A DNA stretch of 62,265 nt, the filler included. It is 7 parts of 7 records of this genome, joined end to end, with 100 filler letters (N's around TTAATTAATTAA, not from the genome) between each part and the next. Parts side by side here need not be neighbours in the genome. Positions count along the whole stretch, not along the records: positions 1 to 5,564 come from SRR31156797_22959; positions 5,665 to 19,474 come from SRR31156797_22978; 5 more parts are not named here. One strand, 5' to 3'. Of this stretch, positions 1-9,628 are shown in pieces. A model generated the notes under the pieces. That model was not told the DNA's origin and searched no databases. It saw nothing but the letters and a program-made list of their open reading frames with translations. Both the position numbers and the translations under genes were made by a program. How positions within the stretch are numbered: the stretch's first letter is position 1; every line of letters begins with the position of its first letter.

Positions 1-1
1 T

Positions 2-157
2 TTGTACATAGCTATGCTCTACCCATTTATCTCTGGCATAACTACCATATAGAATAACTGTATCTACTTTTCGAAATTTAGTTTCTATTAATTCAACAAT
101 TCGCTTTAATTCTTCCTGTTTGTGTTCAGGTAGAAATTCTGGTATTCCTGTTTTCAA
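2..157 (-). CDS. Nucleotidyltransferase (MNT) domain protein, probably an MNT-HEPN fusion; N-terminal fragment cut by the window edge
   Basis: Manual translation from TTG at 157 (GGAGG RBS at 166-170): MKTGIPEFLPEHKQEELKRIVELIETKFRKVDTVILYGSYARDKWVEHSYVQ; contains the MNT GSYAR motif. Not in the ORF track. Confidence 0.75.
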   Translation of the reverse strand, partial: MKTGIPEFLPEHKQEELKRIVELIETKFRKVDTVILYGSYARDKWVEHSYVQ

Positions 158-419
158 ATTTTGCACCTCCAAAATTGATAGAATAATATATATTATAGCA
201 TAAATCAAATGATGTTGAATGGTGTTATTTTTCGGAGTTTTGTAGGTTATAGTTAGAAATTTTAACTTTTTTTGCAACGAGAAAAAATAATCAGTGTTAT
301 ATACGTTCTAAAGAATCAAAAGTATGGTGAAAATTGATTAAAACCCAGAATATTTCCGCACAAAATGTCATTTTCCACTCAAAATAAAACCTCGTGTCAT
401 TTAGTGACGGTACTTTAGA

Positions 420-449
420 TTGACTCAGGAATTTATTTGATGATATAAT
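420..449 (+). promoter_or_regulatory. Sigma70-type promoter with extended -10
   Basis: TTGACT-N18-TATAAT, with TG one base before the -10 box; points toward the three-gene operon. Confidence 0.6.
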
Positions 450-745
450 TTATATAAATGTTGAAAAAATACGCAACTGTTTTGGAAAAAGTTGCGCGTT
501 ACATTCCATAGTGGAGTAATGGACGAAGGTTTGTGTCGTCTATAAATAAGTTAGGCTAAAGTTACCAGTCTACATATTGTATAAGTTAGATAACATACGG
601 GAATTCAGAGTGTAAATATGGTAACATAGTACGTAAGTAGAATTAATGTTTTTTATACCATGTGGGAGTGGTATAAGTGGGATAGCATCGCTATAATAGC
701 AATATTTTTTGTTGTACGAAAATTTCTAAACGTTAATGGAAAAGT

Positions 746-2254
746 GTGGTGTGGTTTATGTATGCAGAAATTATGAGAGCAGGAGAATCAAGACGTGATG
801 CTTCATCGAAAATTCGAGGATTTATATATCAAGATCTAATTGTGGTCGATTATCTTTTCTCAGATAAGAATGACTCCAGTCATTACATCGAATGGGTCGA
901 AGATATATTCATTGAAAATGAAACAAGTCTATGTCTAATTCAAGTTAAGTACTATCCACAGTCTTCAGTTAAGTTTGAAGATATTTATACTGATATGTTT
1001 TATCAATTTATAAAGTATAAGTTAGTTGGATCAGCTAAACAGGTAGAGTTTAAATGCTTACATTTTTCAAACTCTGAATTCGATGAAGAGGAGTGTAACA
1101 ATGTATTATCACAAAAGTTTACATATGAAAAAATCAATGAAAGTAATATCGATGAGATTTGGTCTAAGCATAATGAAATTCAAAATTTTGAGGGTAGGAA
1201 AAACTACTTGCTTTCATCACTTGGTTGTATTGAATTGCTGAGTGAGTTTAGCTTAACAGTAACTAAGTCATTAGATTTTGTGAATCTGAGACAGCAAATT
1301 GCAAGTAAAATTTATAATAGTATTCATGACTTAGGTTGCTTAGCGTTGCAAGATGAATCAAAAATCAAATCTATTCTATTAGCAAACGTAGTTGAGTTCA
1401 TACAGAATAAGTACTCAACTAATAGCAATAGTATAAATTATAGAGCTATTCAAAAAAATGAATTAATAACATATATAAACGATTTGATTAGTGGAATTGA
1501 AAATAAGCCTGAACTAGTCATCGGTGTATTCTTTGAAGCTGTTGATGAAATTTTAAATGAATTTATGGAAGCAAAAAGTGAGTATGATGATGCTATATTA
1601 TCGTGGTACAGAGATTTATACTTAGAAACAAAACATTTTTATAGTGATTTACTTAAATACAAAGACTATAGATTTCTCTTTATAAATACAGTATGTACAA
1701 ACAAGGATCATGATGGGCTAAATTCTGATCTTTACTCAAATCTTACCGTATTAGATGAGTGGAAGCTCTATCTCGAGAATAAGGAAAAGATTAAAATCCA
1801 TATAATATATATGTGGAAATTGTTGTTTAATGATAAATTTGGTGAAAATGTAATGTTGAAAGATCATATTGTTTTAAGTAACAAAACTCTAATGTTTAAA
1901 ATGGAAAGTGAGTCACGTAGTCCTATTTTTCTAAGCACTGAGGTTTATTCCAGCAGAAAAACACAAGATGTAATACAAACGATCTCGCGTGTAGAGCATA
2001 ACGAACCCAAACCTATTAAATGGTATATGGGGATCGGTGGTAACAATATGAAAGTACTTGATTACTCATATGAAGTTACAAATTTGAAGTCTGCATTAAA
2101 AGATGGGTATTATGAAGTGAATGATATAGATGATAACCAGTTTATTCTTGAGTGCATGGGGTGTTTGAAGTGTTCAATAATAGATAGTGATATGCAAATA
2201 AAAGAAGAAATGTGGAACAATATATGTTCCAGAACTTGTATATGGGGTGAATAG
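746..2254 (+). CDS. lmuA: Lamassu/ABC-3C effector with N-terminal Cap4/DUF4297-like PD-(D/E)xK nuclease
   Basis: N-terminal A-x4-GFxYQ motif (DASSKIRGFIYQD), then E-x2-ED and QVK; first gene upstream of a small protein and an SMC ATPase. True start may be ATG 758 or 773. Confidence 0.75.
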   Translation: MVWFMYAEIMRAGESRRDASSKIRGFIYQDLIVVDYLFSDKNDSSHYIEWVEDIFIENETSLCLIQVKYYPQSSVKFEDIYTDMFYQFIKYKLVGSAKQVEFKCLHFSNSEFDEEECNNVLSQKFTYEKINESNIDEIWSKHNEIQNFEGRKNYLLSSLGCIELLSEFSLTVTKSLDFVNLRQQIASKIYNSIHDLGCLALQDESKIKSILLANVVEFIQNKYSTNSNSINYRAIQKNELITYINDLISGIENKPELVIGVFFEAVDEILNEFMEAKSEYDDAILSWYRDLYLETKHFYSDLLKYKDYRFLFINTVCTNKDHDGLNSDLYSNLTVLDEWKLYLENKEKIKIHIIYMWKLLFNDKFGENVMLKDHIVLSNKTLMFKMESESRSPIFLSTEVYSSRKTQDVIQTISRVEHNEPKPIKWYMGIGGNNMKVLDYSYEVTNLKSALKDGYYEVNDIDDNQFILECMGCLKCSIIDSDMQIKEEMWNNICSRTCIWGE

Positions 2255-2861
2255 CATGTTGTTAAAAAAACTATTTGAAGATGATTATAAAGAGATTTTA
2301 GCTAACGATAACTTAGCCATTGATGAATTTGTAGAGAGAAATTCACAAAAACAATTAAAATATATTGCTCCAATTAGTTCAATTTACTTACACAAAAGCA
2401 ATAATGAAATGTTTCTGATACTTGACTGTAAAAAATCATCTAAGGAATTTATTGTAAAAAGTATTAGTGAGTGTGAGTCTAGAATTTTATCTTATGTGAA
2501 TTTTGGTTCAAAGTTAAATGAACACAAAAACTACTTAAAGTTCAATACAACTTTGATAGTTATGGCAAATAGGGATTTTGACTATACTTTAAAACTTGAA
2601 ATAGAAAAATCAAAAAGAATTTGTAGAAAAATTATTATAACAGTTGATGATACAGAGGAGATGACTGTAAGTGAAAAGGTTATGATTCCTTTTTGCTTTG
2701 AATTTAACGAAGGATTGGATATAGATTCTGAAACTGCACTTGTAGATCAACTAGAAAATCTTTACCCAGATGACGGTTCAATTCGAAATGCAATACTAAA
2801 AACTGGTGATTTATCTAAAGAGGAGTTCACTATGATAGTAAGGTGGTTAGAAAATGAGTAA
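2247..2861 (+). CDS. lmuC: ABC-three-component middle component (LmuC-like)
   Basis: 204 aa, overlaps both neighbours by 8 bp; EIEKSKRICRKIII resembles the motif I recall for middle components; mainly a positional call. Confidence 0.6.
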   Translation: MNSMLLKKLFEDDYKEILANDNLAIDEFVERNSQKQLKYIAPISSIYLHKSNNEMFLILDCKKSSKEFIVKSISECESRILSYVNFGSKLNEHKNYLKFNTTLIVMANRDFDYTLKLEIEKSKRICRKIIITVDDTEEMTVSEKVMIPFCFEFNEGLDIDSETALVDQLENLYPDDGSIRNAILKTGDLSKEEFTMIVRWLENE

Positions 2862-5283
2862 AAAGCTAATTAAGATAAAATCAGTTAAGCTAGTGAACTT
2901 TAAACTGTATGAAGATATTACTTTTGACTTTAATGGCAAAAACTTTATATTGGTATCAGGTTCTAACGGATTTGGAAAGTCAACAGTTCTAGATGCAATA
3001 GAATGGTGTATTACAGGAGAGATAAAAAGAATATCAAATAATTTCAAACGTCGTAACACCAATCAAATTGAGCAAAACAGAGCTGATAATAATAATGGAA
3101 TAATTAAGAATAAAAATGCAGGGAAAGAAGATATTATTAGCGTAACTATGGAAGTCATATTTGGTGATGATGTATTAACTGTAGAGCGAAGTCAAATTGA
3201 GGATAAATTAGATGCTAAGTCTAATTTTGAGTTTATCAGTGAAACTTCAGAGCAAAATAAAGATGAGTTGATTACAGCCTTTAGTACAAGTTCCTTTTAT
3301 AATTACAATGTATGTGATACATATAAAAACTATGAATTTTTAACTACCAATAGAAAAAACGTACTTGAAATGTTCAGAGAATTTATAAGGGAAAGGCCAG
3401 AAATTGAAATTGTAACAACTAATTTGAAAAACGTTGTAGAGAAGTTGAACGAGAAAAAACAAAGTAAGTCCAAATTATTAACTCCAGAGGCTGACATTAC
3501 AAACATTCAAAAGAAAATTCAGAATTTGAAATCAGATATTAAACTTTTGGATTATCCAAACTCAAAAATATATGATAGCGAGTCCACTAATTTGGACAAT
3601 CTAGATAAAAAAGAACTGTCAAATCAATTGTCAGTTTTGACGGAACATGCGTATAAGTTTGCATTAGTAAAAGTGCAAGGCAGAATAGAGTATTTACGAA
3701 CTCAAGAACTTATGACTCAATTAGATAAAAACATTGAACTTGTAAGAAGAAGTAGTGAGGAGCTTTATTTAGGATTTAATAGTAATTATCACCTTAACAA
3801 CTATGCATCAGAATTAAGGGAACAAATTGAACTACTGAAGGTAGAATATGATAAAATTGACAAGCTAAACAAAATTAAGTCAATTAATGAGTTTATTACT
3901 AATCATAAACTAAACTCTTCTAAACAGCTTCAAAATACTCTTTCAAACTTAGATGTATCTATCAAAGAATATAATTCACTTACAAAACAGATAGATGATA
4001 CGGATAAAGGAAATAAAATCATAAAAGTTCTAGCTGACATCGTTGCGAGTAAAGAAGAATTTTTAGCGTATCGTAATGAAGGTAACACTAGCTGTCCTGT
4101 ATGTGGTGAAGATTCAAGTTTTGAAAAGTTCGTTGAAATCAGTCAAATTGGATTAGAAGCAGAGAAATATTTGAGCAATAATAAATCAATATTAGCAAAC
4201 TTGAAAAGAGAGCAAAGAGATATTCAAGAAAAGAGCCAAGAAAGCAAATACCTAGTAAAACAAATTTTGAGGGAAATGATTGGTAAACTTATTGAGACGA
4301 AAGAAAAGGATTATGAAGTAGCGAAAGCGTTCTATTCAGAATTTAAGACTCTTTTCGAATTCGCTAATGTAAATAATATAGACATTAATACAGATATATT
4401 ATCCTCTTTAGTTAAGTCTAGAGAATCTGAAAAAAGCAAATGTGATAAGGTTCTCAAAACATTAGTTGAAAAGCAATTATTAGATAGTTTATTTGCACTT
4501 CTTAATTTTGAGACTGATTTTAACTATGATGAAATTAAGAGTATGCTTAAACTGGAAAGTGAGTTAGAACCATACATTAAAAATGCGATATCAATTGATG
4601 ATTTCCAATTTAAGTTGTATCAGGTGAAAAGAGCCTGTATTAAAGCTTTCTTGGATAATCATGAATTAACAGAGCTTGAAACAAATCATAGTAAAATGCT
4701 TGATGAAAACAGAAAAGTTAATGAGCAAACCATTATACTTGATAGACAAATTAGTAAGGCTAATGGAAAAATTAACGAGTTTGAGCGTCTAAGCAAGGAA
4801 TTGGAAAAAAAGGAACTAGAAAATGTTGGTCCTTTTCTCGAGGGTATATTTAGTAAGATTGTGAAACACTCTTCGATAAACGGAATAAGATTAACAAGAG
4901 ACAATTCTGTAAAAGGAGGAGGCATTGTTTTACAGGATAATGACAAGTCAAACTTAATGAACATTCTTAGTGAAGGGCAGTTAGGTGTTATGATGATGTC
5001 TTATTATTTTGCGAATATGTATAGAAGGAGAGAATCTAATAATATTAAGGTGTACATGATGGATGATGTAACAAATACATTAGATGACATTAACCTTTTA
5101 TCTTTCATTGACATGATAAAGTACATTCTGAGTGATGAAGAAAGAGTAATAGATCAGTTTTTTTTCTCTACTTGTGACGAAAACTTAGAACGTCTATTTA
5201 TACACAAACTAAAAAGTTTTAATATTCCAGGCTTAAGTGTGAAGTTCAATTCATTTGGTAAATACAAAAGTGAAAATATCTAG
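2854..5283 (+). CDS. lmuB: SMC/Rad50-like ABC ATPase (Lamassu LmuB)
   Basis: Walker A GSNGFGKST, long coiled coils, zinc hook CPVCG, signature LSEGQ, Walker B/D-loop YMMDDVTNTLDDIN. Confidence 0.85.
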   Translation: MSKKLIKIKSVKLVNFKLYEDITFDFNGKNFILVSGSNGFGKSTVLDAIEWCITGEIKRISNNFKRRNTNQIEQNRADNNNGIIKNKNAGKEDIISVTMEVIFGDDVLTVERSQIEDKLDAKSNFEFISETSEQNKDELITAFSTSSFYNYNVCDTYKNYEFLTTNRKNVLEMFREFIRERPEIEIVTTNLKNVVEKLNEKKQSKSKLLTPEADITNIQKKIQNLKSDIKLLDYPNSKIYDSESTNLDNLDKKELSNQLSVLTEHAYKFALVKVQGRIEYLRTQELMTQLDKNIELVRRSSEELYLGFNSNYHLNNYASELREQIELLKVEYDKIDKLNKIKSINEFITNHKLNSSKQLQNTLSNLDVSIKEYNSLTKQIDDTDKGNKIIKVLADIVASKEEFLAYRNEGNTSCPVCGEDSSFEKFVEISQIGLEAEKYLSNNKSILANLKREQRDIQEKSQESKYLVKQILREMIGKLIETKEKDYEVAKAFYSEFKTLFEFANVNNIDINTDILSSLVKSRESEKSKCDKVLKTLVEKQLLDSLFALLNFETDFNYDEIKSMLKLESELEPYIKNAISIDDFQFKLYQVKRACIKAFLDNHELTELETNHSKMLDENRKVNEQTIILDRQISKANGKINEFERLSKELEKKELENVGPFLEGIFSKIVKHSSINGIRLTRDNSVKGGGIVLQDNDKSNLMNILSEGQLGVMMMSYYFANMYRRRESNNIKVYMMDDVTNTLDDINLLSFIDMIKYILSDEERVIDQFFFSTCDENLERLFIHKLKSFNIPGLSVKFNSFGKYKSENI

Positions 5284-5306
5284 TTAATAAAGGACTGGAA
5301 ACCAAC

Positions 5307-5432
5307 GCCTAACATGTCAATTCCCAACATGCCCCTGTTATATCAAATAATAGGGGGGATTTAGCTAAAATGTTAAAATGAAATATACGATAAAAATAGA
5401 GGGTCACGTCAGGAATTGCAGGAACGTTATGC
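5307..5432 (+). other. attC-like recombination hairpin
   Basis: R''-like GCCTAAC (5307-5313) and R'-like GTTATGC (5426-5432); inner arms CAATTCCCAACATG / CACGTCAGGAATTG whose top-strand C.A mismatches become G.T pairs on the bottom strand. Confidence 0.55.
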
Positions 5433-5452
5433 AATTACGATTACACAACTAT

Positions 5453-5484
5453 AAAGGCTGATAACTCCCAGTTATCAGCCTTTT
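5453..5484. terminator. Intrinsic terminator, probably bidirectional
   Basis: AAAGGCTGATAACT-CCC-AGTTATCAGCCTTTT. Confidence 0.7.
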
Positions 5485-5507
5485 ATCTATTTAATCCATA
5501 TTACCAT

Positions 5508-5564
5508 GTACGGGCGTTATTTATAACGCTCAGCAGTAGGGGCAATTCATGAATTGCCCCTACT
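5508..5564. repeat. GTAG-type REP palindrome preceded by a degenerate copy
   Basis: Perfect 30-bp palindrome AGTAGGGGCAATTCATGAATTGCCCCTACT (5535-5564) at the contig end, preceded by GTACGGGCGTTATTTATAACGCTC. Confidence 0.6.
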
Positions 5565-5664
5565 NNNNNNNNNNNNNNNNNNNNNNNNNNNNNNNNNNNN
5601 NNNNNNNNTTAATTAATTAANNNNNNNNNNNNNNNNNNNNNNNNNNNNNNNNNNNNNNNNNNNN
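5565..5664. other. Artificial contig spacer (also 19475-19574, 27651-27750, 41577-41676, 48381-48480, 53548-53647)
   Basis: Identical N-run + TTAATTAATTAA (stops in all six frames) + N-run; base composition changes across several of the junctions. Confidence 0.98.
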
Positions 5665-5665
5665 C

Positions 5666-7744
5666 ACCATTATCGATACTATATTCATAAGGAGCAGTTC
5701 CTCCTGTAACGTTGGTAAAAGTAATTACACCATCGTTACCACCATTACATGAAACCATTGGATTTGGAACAGGGTTAAATGCTATTGCATCCGGCTCATC
5801 AACAACTGTTGGATCTGCCGGACTTTCGCATAAATTACCATCTCTAACAACAATATTATATGTACCTGCTGATAATCCCAAGAATGTATTGCTTGCCTGG
5901 AAAGTAGCACCATTATCGTTACTATATTCATATCCGGCACCTGAACCTCCAAGTACGTTGCTCACAACTATTTGTCCATCTGCTCCACCATTACAAGTTA
6001 CATCAGTAGGAGTAGCATCAAATGTAATTTGATCAGGAGCATCTAAATCAATTACTACAGGGTCACTTTCACAATTATTACCATCTCTTGCTACAATATT
6101 GTAACTACCCTCAGGCAATAAGAATGAATTTCCAGCCTGCCATGTGGCTCCACCATCACTACTATATTCATAAGGACCACCATCACCACCTATTACCGTT
6201 GTAACAGTGATAGTACCATTATCACCAAAACAAACTGGTTGAACAACATTTGTTGCAGTTATTTCAACTTGAGCAGGTTCGGTTAAAGTAACAGGATTTG
6301 CACCCCATATAGTCACACAATTATTTTGATCTCTTACTTGTACATTATAATCACCTGCAGGTAAATTTGTAAAGTTACCTCCATTAGGGAAATATGAAGT
6401 ACCGCCGTTTATAGAATAAAACCTTGTACCAAAGCCACCTGTTGAAGTAATCTGAATTTGACCATTACTATTTCCAAAGCAACCAGTTACATCAGTAGGA
6501 GTTACAGAATTTATAACCAACACAGGAGGTTCAACAATGGTTAACTGCCCATAATAGAATTCGCAACCATAATCGTCAGTAGCATAAATATCATAATCAT
6601 CACCATCTAATCCAGTAAATTCATATGAAAGATCAGAGGTAGTAAAGCTTGTAACTGTTCCAGCAACAACTGCTTCTATTCGATAAGTGTAAGGCGCTTG
6701 CCCGCCATTAACAAAAATTTCTATTGCACCATCTCCGGCTCCACCGCAAGATACTGCAGTAGTAGTTGCATTTGTTACAGTAAATACAGGCGCTTCTAAT
6801 ACTGTTAGTTTTGGAGTTTCAAGAATACCTGTAGGACATCCATTATCGTCTGTAATTTGGAAGGTATAACTTGTGGGCTCCAAATTTTCAAATACATTGT
6901 TTCCTGTTTGTACGATTGCACCACCTGCATCATAAGTATAAGGAGGTGTACCACCTGAAACATTTATTGTAATTCTACCATTATCGTCACCATTACAAAC
7001 TACGTGGTCAATTGTTGCTCCATCGTAAGTTAACTGTGTTGGCGCAGTAATCTCTACAGGGTTTCCACCCCATGCTGTTTCATCCACACCTTTTCTTGCT
7101 ACAACATTGTAAGATCCGGCAGAAAGTCCGAAGAATTCATTCGCAGCTTGCCAGGTTGTACCATTATCAATTGAATACTCATCTGCATCATCAACAATAA
7201 TCTCAATTATTCCATCATTGGTATTAAAACATGAGGCATTTGTGAGATTTACCGCTGTAAAAGTTGGTGCAGCTCTTGTTTCAACTTCATTATCTTTATC
7301 TGTAGTTGTTATATTTGGAGTTTGGGCGCTTAACTTCTCCTTATCAGAATCTGAACTATTTATATTAATGTGGTTATTCAAGTTACCACTTCCTTGTTCG
7401 ATTGATTTCTCAATCATTTGATCGGTGACCGTTTTTGATGTATTCAACTCACCGGATACGGTCAGCTTTACACCGTTATAGCCATCAATCTCTCCAGCCT
7501 CCCAGTGAAGGTTAGCTATTATAGTGTTTTCATTTAGTTGATTGGTTTGGTCAATACCATTATCCAGAATGACAACATTGTCATCCATTCCCGGTATTTT
7601 ACCGTTGGATTCAAAACTGTATTGATCCGTTGACCAGTGCCCGGGGTCTTCCCAGTTACCTGATCCATTCATCCAGTAATAATTCTCTGCGGCTAGTGTA
7701 CCTAAGAGAAACATTGAAATAATAAGTATAATTATGCGCCTCAT
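5666..7744 (-). CDS. SprB-repeat surface protein/adhesin, 3' truncated at contig end
   Basis: Signal peptide; repeated V(T/S)CxGxxDGxI...GGTxPYxY...DxNxC units typical of SprB repeats; Bacteroidota -7 box TATATTTG upstream on the minus strand. Confidence 0.85.
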
Positions 7745-7972
7745 AACTAAAAATTTATCTTGTTATCAATAGAAACTTCTTCATCATTGCAAATATAAAC
7801 CAAAATAAGGTTCAACTCTTTGTTAGCAAAATAGTTTTGACGACTCAACGGTATTGTCGGATAAAATCCATAATCGATATGATAACCGTTAACTTTATCA
7901 TAACTTTTTACTGATAATACGCATGAATAAAGGGTTACGTTGCTTTTTTAATCACTTCATATCGACGATTCA

Positions 7973-8719
7973 TCAAATAGACGAATCTTTCAAAATCTTT
8001 GACGAATAGATAAAATCTTTGATGATTTGATTATCCGTTTGAAGCAAATTGTCTTTAGAACCAACCCATTCAACCTGTCCATTTTGTATAAAAACTATTT
8101 TTTCTCCTATTCCTACCATTGAATTCAAATCGTGAGTATTTACGATGGTCGTCATATTGAACTCATGCGTTAGTTCCATAAGCAATTCATCAATTACAAC
8201 CGCCGTTTTTGGATCCAAACCACTATTGGGCTCATCACAAAATAAATACTTTGGATTCATGCTAATAGCACGGGCAATGGCCACCCGTTTTTGCATACCT
8301 CCACTAATTTCTGAAGGTAATAAATGATCTACGTCTTTTAGGTTTACCCTGTCAAGGCAAAACGCCACACGTTTCATTTTCTCTTTTTTACTATGATTCG
8401 TAAAAACATCGAGCGGAAACCGCACATTGTCGGCTACCGTATATGAATCAAATAATGCACTGCCTTGAAATAACATCCCCATCTCGCGGCGTACATTTTT
8501 TTGTTTTCGTTTATTTAATTTATGAAAATCTCTACCGTCATATAGCACACTTCCCTGATCAATATTGTGCAGCCCTACAATTGATTTTAGCAATACGGTT
8601 TTTCCTGATCCACTCTGACCAATAATCAAATTGGTTTTACCCTGCTCAAACTCCACCGTAACGGATTCGAGTACGGTTCTTCCGGCAAATTGCTTATGTA
8701 AATCTACAACGGTAATCAT
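7973..8719 (-). CDS. mlaF: Mla/Mce-type ABC transporter ATP-binding protein
   Basis: GQSGSGKT, LFQGSALFDS, ISGGMQKRVAIARA, DEPNSGLDP; overlaps mlaE by 4 bp. Confidence 0.9.
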   Translation of the reverse strand: MITVVDLHKQFAGRTVLESVTVEFEQGKTNLIIGQSGSGKTVLLKSIVGLHNIDQGSVLYDGRDFHKLNKRKQKNVRREMGMLFQGSALFDSYTVADNVRFPLDVFTNHSKKEKMKRVAFCLDRVNLKDVDHLLPSEISGGMQKRVAIARAISMNPKYLFCDEPNSGLDPKTAVVIDELLMELTHEFNMTTIVNTHDLNSMVGIGEKIVFIQNGQVEWVGSKDNLLQTDNQIIKDFIYSSKILKDSSI

Positions 8720-9456
8720 GCCAATAACAATTGCGTTAGAATGAGGTTAAAAACTAATATCAAAATACTACTAATGACCACAGCACGTGTACTCGCTTTA
8801 CCAACTTCCAATGCGCCACCTTTCACATGAAAGCCAAAATAGGCCGGTACGCTGGTATACAAAAATGCGAATACTACTGATTTTATCAGCGAATAAAAAA
8901 TATACCAGGGAATAAAAGCATAATGTAAACCATAAATATAATCGTGGGCTGTAAGAACACCCGTTCCAACAGATGCCAAAAACCCGCCAACCATTCCAAT
9001 AAACATGCTTATAACAGTCAAAAATGGAACGATAAAAACCATCCCAAATATCTTTGGCCTCACTAAAAATGCGGCAGAATTAATTCCCATTATTTCCAAC
9101 GCATCAATCTGCTCAGTTACACGCATTGTGCCCATTTCAGAAGCGATGTTTGACCCGACTTTACCAGCTAAAATTAAGGCTACAATGGTTGAAGAAAACT
9201 CCAACAACATTGAATCACGAGCAGTTAATCCAATTAGATATAAAGGAATTATAGGGCTTTCAAAGTTGTAAGCAGTTTGCAAAGTTACTACAGCTCCCAT
9301 AAAAAAACTGATAATCACCACAATACCTAACGATCCTATACCTAAGCTCCAGGCTTCTCTAAAGAAATTCCTGAAGTAGATAGAAAAGCGTTCCGGCTTA
9401 CCAAACACCTTGAAAATAAAACTACTATATCGACCAATATGAAAAAACAGCCCCAT
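8716..9456 (-). CDS. mlaE: MlaE family ABC permease
   Basis: AGKVGSNIASEMGTMRVTEQIDALEIMG and GGALEVGKASTRAVV motifs. Confidence 0.92.
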   Translation of the reverse strand: MGLFFHIGRYSSFIFKVFGKPERFSIYFRNFFREAWSLGIGSLGIVVIISFFMGAVVTLQTAYNFESPIIPLYLIGLTARDSMLLEFSSTIVALILAGKVGSNIASEMGTMRVTEQIDALEIMGINSAAFLVRPKIFGMVFIVPFLTVISMFIGMVGGFLASVGTGVLTAHDYIYGLHYAFIPWYIFYSLIKSVVFAFLYTSVPAYFGFHVKGGALEVGKASTRAVVISSILILVFNLILTQLLLA

Positions 9457-9628
9457 AAATCTATTCTATAACCTTGCAAAATACAAATTGATAAATTGCT
9501 GCGCAAATGTAAGGTTAAATTTAACAGGAAAGTAAAATAAGAAAATTGTGTTTATACTGTAAATACAAAAGATTCAATCTTGCGCCAAATAGATTTTTAA
9601 TATATTCGTAGCTTAATAAATCAACATA

